A DNA stretch of 49,823 nucleotides from a virus (lineage: Duplodnaviria; Heunggongvirae; Uroviricota; Caudoviricetes): the IMG/VR virus record IMGVR_UViG_3300032007_001569; one strand, written 5' to 3'. The first letter of the stretch is position 1; each line of letters starts with the position of its first letter. Position numbers and translations under genes: made by a program. Positions 33,419 through 44,375 of this stretch are shown here, piece by piece. Under the pieces are notes generated by a model that was given only the letters and a program-made list of their open reading frames with translations, searched no databases and had not been told where the DNA came from.

Positions 33419-35246
33419 AGGCGTTGCGCGGAAGCCATATAAAAACCGCGACGCGGATGATCGGCAAGCTCAACTTTATTCGATGTTCCCGTCAGACACA
33501 TTCCTTGGTGACGATGTGCGTGTTGACCATCTGATACAGTGGATCACTTTTTTCAGAAGGAATCTACACCGCTGCGCAATGGATTATCTTGGGATAAAGT
33601 TACATCTTTATCAGATAATCATGCTTTATCTGATGGGTATTTGCAATTTCATTGTGACGATTGCAAGCCGCGCGGCAGCAAAATCATTTATCATTGCGCT
33701 CTATGCTTGTTGTAGATGTATATTGTACCCTCATTCAATGATTGTGTTGTCGTCGAGTACGAAGGGTCAATCAAAGCTACTTGTCTCAGAGAAAATAGAG
33801 AAAGAGCTTATGAACTTGTCACCTGTGCTACGAAAAGAGATTCTAAAAATAAAGGATAATCAAAACGAGGTAATCGTTTATTTCAGGAACCACAGTACAA
33901 TTACAGTTGTTCCTGCCAGTGAAAACGGGCGTGGTTATCGCTCAAATGTTATTGTCAGAGAAGAGTTCAGACAAATTAAGAAGAGTATAGATGATAGTAT
34001 TCTTTCTCCATTCCAAATTGTCAGACAGACTCCCTATATGACAAATGACTATTATGCGATTATTGATGATCTGCAAGAAGAGCCGGTTGACATTTACATT
34101 AGTTCAAGCTGGTATGATGATGGGAAACACTGGATGTGGAAAATCGTCGATCAGACCTATGCTGATATGATGGCAGGAAAACCGTCTTGCCTATTGGCAT
34201 TTGACGAATCCATCGCTTTGAAGCATAAAATCAAAACCATGCGCTATTTCCAGACGGAAAAGCGGAAGCAAGACCCGTTGACCTGGCGGCTCGAATTTAT
34301 GAATGAGCGCTTGAAAGAAAACACCGCAGCGTTCTTTACTTTGGGGATGCTGACACAAAATCAGCGGGCGAAGAAGCCGTTCTATCCGAGGACGCTGATT
34401 GATTTCAAAATGGGCAAGAAGAACCCATATGATATTCCGAAGCAAAACGGCGAAGTGCGAATTGTTTCCTGCGATATGGCTTTTGTTGAGAATAAGAATA
34501 ATGATAATTCCATCTTTTCGTGTATTCGTTTGCTACCTGAATGCAAAACATACAATCGAGGCGACAATGATGAACTTGTTGTTGATAATGGCTACCGTCG
34601 AATTGTTGCCTATATGATGCCAATACAAGGCGGAGATGTTGTAAATCAGTCTACAAAAATACGTGAATTGTACGAGGATTTTAATGCTGATTATATCGTA
34701 CTCGACTGCCGAAACGCCGGTATCTCATGCTATGACATGCTTGCAAGAGTTATGTATGATGAAGAACGTGGTGTAGAATACGCTCCGCTATCCTGCATGA
34801 ATGATGATTCAATCGCAAATCGAATCAAAATTGATGGCGCAAAACCATGTATATTTGCCATTAATGCAAGTCAAAAGCTAAATAGTGATATAGCGCTGGA
34901 CTTCAGAAGAGTCCTTGAAGATAAGAAAATTGACTTCCTTATCAATTTTGAACAAGCAAATGAGGAAGTCCTTCCATCCATCAAGGAGTATATGGCTACT
35001 CCGAGTGCAGATGAACAATACTTCTACGAATCCCCGTTCTTTGAGACGCAATCGTTTATCAGTGAAACAACTGGGCTGGTCTATGAAAAGAAGCCAGATA
35101 CGGGCGTTATTGTTGTCAGAGAACAAGGAAACAATCGTAAGGATAGATATACAAGCGTAAGCTATGGTTCTTACTTTGCATCGCTTCTCGAAAAAGATTT
35201 GGTGTCTCATAATGAGGATTATGAGTTCACCACATTTATAAACTGA
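33396..35246 (+). CDS. terL: Terminase large subunit
   Basis: ASRAAAKS Walker A, G.R..EEFR Walker B, SCD/VLD nuclease motifs, RKDRYTS. Confidence 0.88.
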   Translation: MSTATTNKGVARKPYKNRDADDRQAQLYSMFPSDTFLGDDVRVDHLIQWITFFRRNLHRCAMDYLGIKLHLYQIIMLYLMGICNFIVTIASRAAAKSFIIALYACCRCILYPHSMIVLSSSTKGQSKLLVSEKIEKELMNLSPVLRKEILKIKDNQNEVIVYFRNHSTITVVPASENGRGYRSNVIVREEFRQIKKSIDDSILSPFQIVRQTPYMTNDYYAIIDDLQEEPVDIYISSSWYDDGKHWMWKIVDQTYADMMAGKPSCLLAFDESIALKHKIKTMRYFQTEKRKQDPLTWRLEFMNERLKENTAAFFTLGMLTQNQRAKKPFYPRTLIDFKMGKKNPYDIPKQNGEVRIVSCDMAFVENKNNDNSIFSCIRLLPECKTYNRGDNDELVVDNGYRRIVAYMMPIQGGDVVNQSTKIRELYEDFNADYIVLDCRNAGISCYDMLARVMYDEERGVEYAPLSCMNDDSIANRIKIDGAKPCIFAINASQKLNSDIALDFRRVLEDKKIDFLINFEQANEEVLPSIKEYMATPSADEQYFYESPFFETQSFISETTGLVYEKKPDTGVIVVREQGNNRKDRYTSVSYGSYFASLLEKDLVSHNEDYEFTTFIN

Positions 35247-35259
35247 AAGGAGGACGAGA

Positions 35260-36906
35260 ATGGAAAAAGAAAAATCCTCTAACACCACACACAAGGGGAA
35301 TCGTCCTCCGAAAAATGTGGTTTTTGAAAACAATAGCCAAGCACAACAAGCTCCAAAGAATGAGTTTTGTAGCCTGTATAGTTATAGTAGCTTGAATAGA
35401 TGTAATTACTATTTTGGTATGAACATTTTCGATTTATATAAACCGGAAGAGCTTACCGAATTAGTAAGGAATCCAATGCTAAATAACAAACAGTTACGCG
35501 ACTTATCATTGATGCTTTATGGTACGAATGGTAGCTATACTAATGTAGTTGACTATATGACATCCATGCCGACATTAAGCAATATAATCGTTCCACATGG
35601 CGAAAGCGAAAAGAAGAAAGCACGGAACAAGAAGCTAATGTCAGCTACGCTAAAGGCAATCAAAGATAAAGAGCTTATACGTGATGCTTTGTTCAAAGGA
35701 ATGGTCGAAGGACTTGCGTTCTATTATTTTGAAACAACAGCAATGCCGAACTCCCAGCGGAGATTTTTAGACGACTTCGATGTAAACTCGCTGTGGGAGA
35801 TCAACGATGTTGGGATTAATGCGAGTGTTATCCCATTACCCGTTGACTATACGCGAATTGTCGGTCGTAAAAACTCATGTTATGTCATTGCCTTCAACCT
35901 CGATTATTTCACCATCGATTCTGTTGAACCCGTTGAGCGCAGGTTAAAGAAATTCCCGAAGGAAATCCGTGATGCTTACGCAAAATACAGTAACGGGAAG
36001 CAAAGCGCTAAAGATACTGGGAATTGGGTTATCTTGGATTCAAGTAAGACGATTGTTCACAAAATACGCTCGAAAATGGATGAACCATTTGGTAGACCGC
36101 TTGTCTTGGCGGCAATCGCTGACATTTTATACAGGGACTACTTTGTCGATACCAAACGCGGCGTTCTGGACGATCTTAATAATCGAATCGTCTACCAGAC
36201 TTTCCCGGAGGGTAAAGACAAGGGAACATCCGCTCTAACGCAAAAGCAACAGGAAACTCAGCATAATGCTGTCAAGAAGGCTGTCATTAACAAGAATAAT
36301 CGTGGCGGCATTTCTTTCTTCTCCGTGGCGGCGGGCACGAAAATCAATGCGCTCGATACGACCAACACAGATATTTTCGACGAGAAGAATGAATCCAATC
36401 TCGACGACAAGATTTCTTTGGCCCTTGGCTTTGCAGGGAATGCACTCTCTGGCACGGGTAGTGGTAGTTATGCTGCGCAGGAATCCAACCTCGAACTTGT
36501 TACCTCACAAATCTTTCAATGGGTTGAGCAGATTGAGAATGAAATCAATAAGTGCATCAACGAAAACATCATTAAGGATAGAAAGAATCCTGTAGAGGTT
36601 AAGTATCTGCCGATTACTCATCTCAATAAGAAGAGTATGGTCGGCTATGCCAAAGAGCTATACCTTCAGGGTTGTGGTAGCCTATCATTGTGGATTGCGG
36701 CCACTGGTGTATCGCTAGAAGCGTACTATGCTCTACTTGATGAAGAGATTGACGCCGGTATATACGATAAGTATAAGCCACATGCCACATCATTTAATAC
36801 ATCTGGCAAAGAGGCTGGCAGACCAACCACAGATGAGCCGTCTGAAAAGACAATAGCTAGTCGAAGTAATAGGGGTAATGATCTCCCAAGCCCTTCTGAT
36901 AACTAA
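35260..36906 (+). CDS. Portal protein
   Basis: 548 aa, directly after the terminase; PFGRPL motif. Confidence 0.8.
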   Translation: MEKEKSSNTTHKGNRPPKNVVFENNSQAQQAPKNEFCSLYSYSSLNRCNYYFGMNIFDLYKPEELTELVRNPMLNNKQLRDLSLMLYGTNGSYTNVVDYMTSMPTLSNIIVPHGESEKKKARNKKLMSATLKAIKDKELIRDALFKGMVEGLAFYYFETTAMPNSQRRFLDDFDVNSLWEINDVGINASVIPLPVDYTRIVGRKNSCYVIAFNLDYFTIDSVEPVERRLKKFPKEIRDAYAKYSNGKQSAKDTGNWVILDSSKTIVHKIRSKMDEPFGRPLVLAAIADILYRDYFVDTKRGVLDDLNNRIVYQTFPEGKDKGTSALTQKQQETQHNAVKKAVINKNNRGGISFFSVAAGTKINALDTTNTDIFDEKNESNLDDKISLALGFAGNALSGTGSGSYAAQESNLELVTSQIFQWVEQIENEINKCINENIIKDRKNPVEVKYLPITHLNKKSMVGYAKELYLQGCGSLSLWIAATGVSLEAYYALLDEEIDAGIYDKYKPHATSFNTSGKEAGRPTTDEPSEKTIASRSNRGNDLPSPSDN

Positions 36907-36982
36907 TTGGCTATGCTATATAAAAGGGTAATAAGAAGATAGCTTCTTTTACAAAAAATCTTGCTGGAAAGGTGGTGGTAAC

Positions 36983-38173
36983 ATGAAAACATTTGAACTG
37001 TCTGAGCGTAAAAATAAAAACGGTCGAAGGAAATTCAAGATGGTTCTACATGAGATTTATCCAGACTCTTGCGTAAATGATGTAGAACAAAAAGGTGAGC
37101 AGTATAACACCAATGGTATTACATGGATTCGACAGTATTGTGAAAATGCAGAAGAAACCATAAAAGACATGAGTTTGCGTGCTGAATTTTTGGACGACGA
37201 CAAAACTGAAATATGTGGACACGGAGAAACAGGCCAAATCGATGGGCTTCCTCTTTTTGAAGATGCTGAAGTTATTGGACACTTCACCAACGGCTATGTC
37301 GATACAATCAAAGACGATGATGAAGTTGAACATACAGTCATGGTTGGCGAAGGCTACATCGATGAAATGTGTTATAAAAACCTCGTTGACAAACTTGAAA
37401 GCGATATTGCAAATGGCGAACCGCCTTTCGGTAGCGTAGAAATTTATCGAGCAGAGAATAACGATGGAATAGTATATAAATATGGCTATATCCCGCAGGG
37501 CAGAATCCCGACCGAATTTATATATAGCGGATATGCTTTGTTAGGTGTTACTCCCGCTGATCGCCAGGCAAAAATACTAGAACTAAATGAAAGTAAGGAG
37601 GACGTGTGCGAAATGAATGAGACTGAAATCATGGCTCTTGTGACAAAGGTTGTTGAAGAGCATGATGCACATATCAATGAAATAAATAAGTGCAAGGAAG
37701 AGTGCGCTGCTCAGGTTGCGGAAGTCAATGCTGAGAAGGAAGCGGTTATCGCTGAAAAGAATGAAATCCAGGCTAATTCTGCCAAGATTCAGGAAGCCCT
37801 AGACGGTGCGCGTGCTGAACTCGAACAGAAGTACCAGGAGATTGATGCGCTACATGAAGAGATTTGTACTCTGCGTGATGCCCTTGGCGAAGCAAAGGCT
37901 AAGGAGCGCCTGGGCGAAATGAATGCCGCTATCGCCAATTTCACAGATGAAGAGCGTGAGTATGCGAAGGATGAAATCGCGGCTTTCGAGGCCGATCCTG
38001 TCAATTCCGAAATCAACTCTATCGTTGATAAGATTTGGAAGGGCATTGGCATGAAGTCAAAGGCTGAGGCTGCTATCATTTCTGAGCAGAATGATGCGCA
38101 TGAGACCCCGGAGGATATTTTCTCTGGCGTTGAAATCGTTGACAATGACAAGGAAGATACAAACATCTTTTAA
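36983..38173 (+). CDS. Prohead protease/scaffold protein
   Basis: Globular N-terminal half plus acidic coiled-coil C-terminal half; between portal and capsid genes. Confidence 0.7.
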   Translation: MKTFELSERKNKNGRRKFKMVLHEIYPDSCVNDVEQKGEQYNTNGITWIRQYCENAEETIKDMSLRAEFLDDDKTEICGHGETGQIDGLPLFEDAEVIGHFTNGYVDTIKDDDEVEHTVMVGEGYIDEMCYKNLVDKLESDIANGEPPFGSVEIYRAENNDGIVYKYGYIPQGRIPTEFIYSGYALLGVTPADRQAKILELNESKEDVCEMNETEIMALVTKVVEEHDAHINEINKCKEECAAQVAEVNAEKEAVIAEKNEIQANSAKIQEALDGARAELEQKYQEIDALHEEICTLRDALGEAKAKERLGEMNAAIANFTDEEREYAKDEIAAFEADPVNSEINSIVDKIWKGIGMKSKAEAAIISEQNDAHETPEDIFSGVEIVDNDKEDTNIF

Positions 38174-38196
38174 TTAAAGAAAGGAAGTAAACAAAA

Positions 38197-38622
38197 ATGA
38201 TTAAGTGTGAAACCGTTGGCATGTTTGAAATTGCCAAGCTGAATCCCGTTCTTACCTCTGAGAATGCTGTTGCTAATTATGACTTTTTGACTAAGAATGA
38301 CATCACCTATCTGATCTGCAACACCACTCTTGGTGACGATGCCTACCGCGATGATGTTACCTTCGCCGCTGGCGAATATCTGAATGGCTATCAGGTCGAT
38401 GTTTGGGCGGGTCAGAAGCTCGTTATCGACGAGAAGCATATCGCCTATGGTTCCGGCGAGGATTATGACGACATTACCGCTGGTACTACCCTGCTGACCA
38501 TCAACGCCGCTGGCAAGCTGGCTATTGCCGAAGCGGCTCCCGAAACCGGCGTCTATTTCAAGGTTACTGACAAGACCACTCTGACTGGCAAGGCTGTAAA
38601 GGCTATGGTCATGGTCGCCTAA
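38197..38622 (+). CDS. Head decoration / minor capsid protein
   Basis: Position before the capsid gene; strongly biased codons. Confidence 0.65.
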   Translation: MIKCETVGMFEIAKLNPVLTSENAVANYDFLTKNDITYLICNTTLGDDAYRDDVTFAAGEYLNGYQVDVWAGQKLVIDEKHIAYGSGEDYDDITAGTTLLTINAAGKLAIAEAAPETGVYFKVTDKTTLTGKAVKAMVMVA

Positions 38623-38652
38623 TTACAATTCTGACGAAAGGAAGTAAAAAAT

Positions 38653-39750
38653 ATGAATACTTTTGAGCTTAACAACATCCGTAAGGATAGCGATAACTTC
38701 TCTGGCAAATTCAACAAGACTTCCCCTGTGGTTGAAATCTTCTCCGCAATGGTTAATGGCGAGGAACTCTCTAAGTTCGGCGCTAAGGCTGATGAGGCCG
38801 TTAAGTACATCAAGTCTCTTGGCGAGCGCGCCGAGAATGGCGACACTGTTGCCGTCTCTGAGCTGAACACCCTGCGTCGCTTTGTGATTGAGCAGCCCGT
38901 CATGGAAGAGATCAAGATGCTGGGCATCTTTGGCACCTACACTCCTATGGGCTATGACGAGACCATCGAGCGCGAAGTTTATATCGAGGCTGGCGAACAC
39001 TCTCGTGTTCAGGCGGCTCGCGGCGATGTCGTGTTCCCCGCTCTGACCAAGATCACATATCCTGTGCCGACATTCACTGTGGCTGGCGGCTACGAGGTTG
39101 ACTATCGTCGTGTGGCCCTAGGCGACATGTCCAAGGAAAATATCGGCATGGCTAACGTGCGCACCAGCATCATGAACCAGGCCAAGCTGGAGATCATCAA
39201 GCGTGTTTACAACGCTGTTAAGAATGCGACTGGCGTTAAGTACGTTCTGGAGGCTGCTACTCTGACCAAGCCCGACGTTGACGCTATCCTGACCAAGGTT
39301 CGTCGCAATGGCCGTCCTACCGTCGCTGGCGATTACGCTGTGCTGTCTCAGTTCACTCCGTGGGCTGGCTACGTTGGCTCCATCAACAGCAACACTATTA
39401 CCGGTGTTTCTGAGCGTGTCATGAACGAGCTTCAGGCTAATGGCGCTCTGAGCATGTACAACGGCGCTGTGCTGGCTGAGATCGAGAATCCCTACAACCT
39501 GTATGAGCTGAATGCTGATGGCACCAATTATCAGACCCTGCTGCCCGCTGGCCTGGCTTTCGTGATCCCGGCCGGCGTCAAGTCTCCTATCGCAACTTAT
39601 ACTCGCGGCGGTCTGACTTCTCTGACCGGCACCGACGTTAAGACCGGCAAGTATCTTACTCGCTTTGATCTGGAAGTCGGCTGCGATGTTGCCAAGACCC
39701 ACGAGCATGAGATCGGCATGATCTACGACACCACCATCGGTGGACTTTAA
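38653..39750 (+). CDS. Major capsid protein
   Basis: 365 aa, position, high-expression codon bias. Confidence 0.8.
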   Translation: MNTFELNNIRKDSDNFSGKFNKTSPVVEIFSAMVNGEELSKFGAKADEAVKYIKSLGERAENGDTVAVSELNTLRRFVIEQPVMEEIKMLGIFGTYTPMGYDETIEREVYIEAGEHSRVQAARGDVVFPALTKITYPVPTFTVAGGYEVDYRRVALGDMSKENIGMANVRTSIMNQAKLEIIKRVYNAVKNATGVKYVLEAATLTKPDVDAILTKVRRNGRPTVAGDYAVLSQFTPWAGYVGSINSNTITGVSERVMNELQANGALSMYNGAVLAEIENPYNLYELNADGTNYQTLLPAGLAFVIPAGVKSPIATYTRGGLTSLTGTDVKTGKYLTRFDLEVGCDVAKTHEHEIGMIYDTTIGGL

Positions 39751-39768
39751 TCTAAAGTAATTCCATAG

Positions 39769-39797
39769 CATGGGCTATCACAACTTGGTAGCCCATG
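39769..39797 (+). terminator. Hairpin after the capsid gene
   Basis: GCATGGGCTA/TAGCCCATGC 10-bp stem. Confidence 0.7.
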
Positions 39798-39840
39798 CGG
39801 TTTATATAGATAGAATTGAGAATATTTTGCGAGGTATCAT

Positions 39841-40347
39841 ATGGCTAAAACAACTAATGAGAATACCAAGAAGGAACTTAACCTTGACACAAAGGTCACT
39901 GTGCGCAGCATCAGTACATGGCCGATTACTTTTCCGCGCAGAGCAGATGGAGCCGGTACAAATGTTGGGGTAAGTATTCCTCCCCTTGGCGCAACACGGA
40001 TTTCGCGCAATGAAATTATTATGCAGATTCAGTCTGGTAACAAGTTGCTTGGCGGAATTGACGGCCAGGGTAATCATGCCTCATTAATCATTGAAGATAC
40101 TCCAACTAGGGTTGAAGTTGGTTTTGAAAGTGAAGATGGGGCGCATAAAGCATTTGTCCTAACAAATGATATTGTTAAAGAGCTGTTCGATATTCGTAGC
40201 CAGCAGGAATTTGAGAACAAAGTGAAAGACAGTATTATTACGCGAGATGAGAAGGATTATATTATTCAGGCCATCCGCGATTTAGGTCTAAATGACTATA
40301 ATAAAATTCGATACATTGAAAAATACGTCGAACGCGAAGTCATGTAA
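39841..40347 (+). CDS. Virion morphogenesis protein
   Basis: Position in the structural module. Confidence 0.6.
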   Translation: MAKTTNENTKKELNLDTKVTVRSISTWPITFPRRADGAGTNVGVSIPPLGATRISRNEIIMQIQSGNKLLGGIDGQGNHASLIIEDTPTRVEVGFESEDGAHKAFVLTNDIVKELFDIRSQQEFENKVKDSIITRDEKDYIIQAIRDLGLNDYNKIRYIEKYVEREVM

Positions 40348-40373
40348 CAATTTAGTAAGGAGGATGATGTAAC

Positions 40374-40763
40374 ATGGCGACAGAAATAGCGGGTGTTATC
40401 GACAGCTTTGAGTCATCCTTCCGCGATAAAGCAAGAATACCATTAGAGCTAGAAATCGTATGGCTCAAAAAGGCCATTGCGCGATATAGTATTGAACTTA
40501 GTGAGCTTCACTATGATGAAGATAAAGCTATAATCGAAGAGGACATAGATCAATATGTGATTGATACTCTTGCGGCATTTATGAAGCAAATGTATCAAGA
40601 GCGCGAGTTGTCAAAAGTGAACAAGCGCGTTTCTATTGTAAGCAAAGATATTAGCATCAATGGTAATGGTGCCATATATTCTGCGGCAAGAAATGAACTT
40701 GACTATGTGACAAGCAAAGCAGAATACATGATAGAACATCAAATGCCAACGGCATACACATAA
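40374..40763 (+). CDS. Head-tail adaptor (putative)
   Basis: Size and position. Confidence 0.55.
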   Translation: MATEIAGVIDSFESSFRDKARIPLELEIVWLKKAIARYSIELSELHYDEDKAIIEEDIDQYVIDTLAAFMKQMYQERELSKVNKRVSIVSKDISINGNGAIYSAARNELDYVTSKAEYMIEHQMPTAYT

Positions 40764-40775
40764 GGTGGTGCTATA

Positions 40776-41843
40776 ATGGCAGAAGAATGGTATCTATTAT
40801 CTGGAAAACATGATATTGTGAGTGGCTTTGAAGCTGAAGCCCTATTCGACTACGGCCCGGAATCATTTCTCGAATTGCTCGATTCAGACATTGCAGACGA
40901 TGTTGTTATATGCAATTATGATCTGTCCATTTGTGTTAAGCGTAAAGCAATCATACAGAACAATCTGCAAGATACAAAATTAAAGACATTATCGCGTGCA
41001 ATGCTTGTGCCGATTGGCAGTTGCAAGGCTGGTATGTACGTTAAGTATAAAGAAAAGTATTGGCTGATTGTGGGTCTTGTGGACGATAATAAAGTATATG
41101 AAAAGGCCATCATGCACATCTGCAATTATAGACTAGATTGGATAGGTCGTGATGGAAATCCAGTTAGCCGTTGGGCGCATGTTGAATCAGCTTCACAGTA
41201 TAATAACGGTGAAACAAATGTCAAGAATTACTTCATCAGGACAGACCAACTAATGATCCATATACCAGATGATGATGAAAGCCTTATGATTAATTCTGGG
41301 ACAAGATTCATCATAGATCGGCGTTGTCAGATTTATGAAAGAAAATTTGCAAAGAATATCATTTTTGACACAAGTAATCCAGTAGTATGTTATGATGTCA
41401 CACGAACAGACAGCGTATTGTATAACTATCAAGGCAGCGGCTACTTTCAATTACTTGCTACTCAAGATGAACAACGTGAAGACGATGGCTATTATATGAT
41501 TGATGGTGTTGGATATTGGCTTTGTCAAAAACCAGTACCACAAACAGAAGTTATACTACCATCTGCCAAAATCGAATATGAATCCAATGTAATTTATGTT
41601 GGCATGGATGCAAGTGTGTTTGTTGGAAAATTCTACAACGATGCTGGTGAAGAAATCTCAGCCACTCCGATTTGGACAATCGCTCCAGATATGGGCGATA
41701 AATTAGAAGTTCAATATGTGGATGATTCAATACTATTGTACACAAATGATGAATCGCTGGCAAGCAAGTCATTCACGCTAACGCTATCATCCGATGGGGT
41801 AAACCCTGTCAGCATTGTAGTAAGCATTAGATTATTTATCTAA
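40776..41843 (+). CDS. Neck/stopper protein with C-terminal Ig-like region (putative)
   Basis: G.YV.YK..YWLI..; position. Confidence 0.55.
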   Translation: MAEEWYLLSGKHDIVSGFEAEALFDYGPESFLELLDSDIADDVVICNYDLSICVKRKAIIQNNLQDTKLKTLSRAMLVPIGSCKAGMYVKYKEKYWLIVGLVDDNKVYEKAIMHICNYRLDWIGRDGNPVSRWAHVESASQYNNGETNVKNYFIRTDQLMIHIPDDDESLMINSGTRFIIDRRCQIYERKFAKNIIFDTSNPVVCYDVTRTDSVLYNYQGSGYFQLLATQDEQREDDGYYMIDGVGYWLCQKPVPQTEVILPSAKIEYESNVIYVGMDASVFVGKFYNDAGEEISATPIWTIAPDMGDKLEVQYVDDSILLYTNDESLASKSFTLTLSSDGVNPVSIVVSIRLFI

Positions 41844-41855
41844 GAGGCAAAGGAA

Positions 41856-42344
41856 ATGGCAAGAAAGAAAACATTGAGAGAACGCGGCCAATTTAAGAAA
41901 GAAATACACTCAGCATTATATAAGAGTGCGGATATAAGAGAGTTGTTGCTGGGTGATACCTCTGAAATGAGTGCTGTCCAAACAATGGAAGCGTTTAAGA
42001 ATCATGTGAAATCACACTTGTTTATTGATGACACGATTACCGACGCAACCACTTATATCTTCTATGATGTCATTATGCCTGAACTTCGGGCACAGACAAA
42101 ACATTGTCAAGTTATCATGTATTTGATATGTCATAGAGATATTCTTGATAACTATGAAAAAGAGGGGTATATTGGTGATAGAATTGATATACTTTCTCAG
42201 ATGGTTGAAGACGCGCTCATTAACGATGATGATAGAGTCAATAAGTTTGGCATTGGTAATCTGGATATAACAGATGTTGGTTTTTATAACGCCTCTCGCT
42301 TTTATGGGTGTATAATTACATTCGAGGTTACATCGTTTAGATGA
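41856..42344 (+). CDS. Tail terminator/completion protein (putative)
   Basis: Size and position. Confidence 0.5.
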   Translation: MARKKTLRERGQFKKEIHSALYKSADIRELLLGDTSEMSAVQTMEAFKNHVKSHLFIDDTITDATTYIFYDVIMPELRAQTKHCQVIMYLICHRDILDNYEKEGYIGDRIDILSQMVEDALINDDDRVNKFGIGNLDITDVGFYNASRFYGCIITFEVTSFR

Positions 42345-43135
42345 TACTAGATTATGGCGATCTGCTTAGTCCAGAACCTATTCAAACATCTATTGGCAAA
42401 ATCAAAAAGCATACTCTAAGAGAAATTTCACGCCTCACTTTTGATCGATTTGGGCTGTATGAAACCTTATTAAAAGCCACTCCAGAAGACATATATTCAA
42501 AATTCTTCGAGGAAGATAAAAAGGCTATATGGGATTCTCTTGACAATGAAACAAAAGATGGCATGAGTTTGTTCGACATAATAACAAATGAAGAATCTAT
42601 TAGGTCATTGTATTGTACTGTGTTAGACTTCTTTTTTGTAGAACACGTTTCGTTCTTTGATGGGGCTTTTATTATTACAAAGATCCCATTTTCTGAGAAT
42701 AAAGAATTATCTGAAGACGACATTGTTGGTTTCATTACAAGAAATCAGTTTCAAGAAGTTGTCGAAATAATACAGCAGGTTTGCTGTATATATGCCAAGA
42801 AGCAAGCACATGTTGAGCAGAAGTTTAAGAATGAAGTCGCACGTAAGATGTTTGAGAAGATGCAAAAAGCAAAAGAAGAAGAGGAAGCTCGAAAATCAAA
42901 GAAACTTCAAAAAGAATATTCTATTCCAAACATCATATCATCAATATCCAATAAGCACCCATCGATTAATCCAATTAATGTATGGGACATGACGCTATTT
43001 GAATTGATAGATTCGTTCAACCGCACTCAGATTAATGCTGTTTATGATATAGAGTCGACCCGCGTTTCAGTGTGGGGCGATGAGAAGAACGCCTTTGATG
43101 AAACGCTATGGTTTAAGTATAACCATGATAAATAA
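42341..43135 (+). CDS. Tail-region protein
   Basis: INVWDMTLFELIDSFNR; position before the tail tube gene. Confidence 0.55.
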   Translation: MILDYGDLLSPEPIQTSIGKIKKHTLREISRLTFDRFGLYETLLKATPEDIYSKFFEEDKKAIWDSLDNETKDGMSLFDIITNEESIRSLYCTVLDFFFVEHVSFFDGAFIITKIPFSENKELSEDDIVGFITRNQFQEVVEIIQQVCCIYAKKQAHVEQKFKNEVARKMFEKMQKAKEEEEARKSKKLQKEYSIPNIISSISNKHPSINPINVWDMTLFELIDSFNRTQINAVYDIESTRVSVWGDEKNAFDETLWFKYNHDK

Positions 43136-43152
43136 AATAGGAGGAATTGAAA

Positions 43153-43920
43153 ATGCCTGAACTCAACAAAGCTAATCGAATGGTTTGTGACGTTGATATT
43201 CGCGATTTGAAAACAAAGACCCCTTTCCTGAATTTCGACACCGCAAACACCACAACTGCTGGCATCACTGGTGATAGTGTTTACGCACGCGCCAAGGGTG
43301 TTAATCGTATTCCCTTCCCGAATCCCATTCAGGGCACAATGACAATCGAGGCTCAAGTTTATCCCTTCAAGCTGTTCGCTCTGTTCTCCGATGGCACTCT
43401 GGAGACCACTGCCGCACAGCCTGTGCATACAACCGTCAAATGCACTGCCGCTGGCAAACTGCCGCTGGCAATTACTGGTGGCACTCTTGTTGAAGGTACG
43501 CTTTTCGTGTTTAAGAAAGGCGAGTATGGCGATGAGGACAAGGTGATTAAGGGCACTTATGCAACAAACGAATTTACCGCCACCACCGAGGCAGACATCG
43601 AAGTAAACAATGAGTATGAAGTTGGCTTTATTGTGACCCGTAATGCCGGTGTGAAGCGCGTCGCATTCAACAATAAGAAGATCCCGCGTGACTACTTTAT
43701 CACCATGTCCACACTGGATAAGGACGAGGAAGGCACGCTGACTCCTTTCCTGATGACCGCTTACAAGGCATATGTCCAGCGCACATTCGAGCTGTCTTTC
43801 TCTTCTGACGGGGATCCTGCTACTGTCACCATGAACTTTGACCTGATGGAGGACAAAGACGGCAATTTCTTCGATATGACTGAGATTACTGAAGAACTTG
43901 CCATTAATGCTGGTGCCTAA
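43153..43920 (+). CDS. Major tail tube protein
   Basis: FSSDGDPATVTMNFDLM; high-expression codons; followed by a terminator. Confidence 0.75.
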   Translation: MPELNKANRMVCDVDIRDLKTKTPFLNFDTANTTTAGITGDSVYARAKGVNRIPFPNPIQGTMTIEAQVYPFKLFALFSDGTLETTAAQPVHTTVKCTAAGKLPLAITGGTLVEGTLFVFKKGEYGDEDKVIKGTYATNEFTATTEADIEVNNEYEVGFIVTRNAGVKRVAFNNKKIPRDYFITMSTLDKDEEGTLTPFLMTAYKAYVQRTFELSFSSDGDPATVTMNFDLMEDKDGNFFDMTEITEELAINAGA

Positions 43921-43934
43921 TATCTAAGTTAATT

Positions 43935-43970
43935 GTGGCGCAAGTCGTTTATAACTTGCGCCACTTTTTG
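43935..43970 (+). terminator. Intrinsic terminator
   Basis: GTGGCGCAAGT/ACTTGCGCCAC stem plus TTTTT. Confidence 0.85.
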
Positions 43971-43993
43971 TATTAGATGACGGAGGGTTAGAC

Positions 43994-44275
43994 ATGGTGA
44001 AGAAATGTCCGGTTCTTCTGAATAACAGCGCTGTTACTGTTTTCAAGTATGACGACATTACAGTACAGGCCCCTAGCATCAATCGAGACGCAAATTATGT
44101 CAATGTCTTGTTTGATAAGGATCATTTCTACACAATAGTTGATGACAATTACGAAGAAGAATCCAGAACAGAAGAATTAGCTACTGCTAAGAAAAAGAAA
44201 TCTGAAAAGAAAACAACAAAAGAAGAAGTCGAAACCGAGGCTAGTGTACATAAGAGCGCGGAGTATAGCGAGTAA
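43994..44275 (+). CDS. Hypothetical protein
   Basis: GGAGG RBS; charged C-terminus. Confidence 0.65.
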   Translation: MVKKCPVLLNNSAVTVFKYDDITVQAPSINRDANYVNVLFDKDHFYTIVDDNYEEESRTEELATAKKKKSEKKTTKEEVETEASVHKSAEYSE

Positions 44276-44303
44276 TTTTCGGGTTGTTATTGTATTTTAT
44301 TTT

Positions 44304-44350
44304 GGGGAGATAACACCTTTGAAAACGAAAGTGTTGTCTCCCCTATTTTT
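44304..44350 (+). terminator. Intrinsic terminator-like hairpin
   Basis: GGGGAGATAACAC/GTGTTGTCTCCCC stem plus attttt. Confidence 0.7.
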
Positions 44351-44375
44351 TACGCATTTAGGGAGATAAATAGAA

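Noticed and set aside
33960-34000. Terminase Walker B reads REEFR rather than hhDE (approx. 33940-33975), suggesting inactivation
   Set aside because: Two acidic residues are retained and all other motifs are intact; there is no basis to call it inactive.
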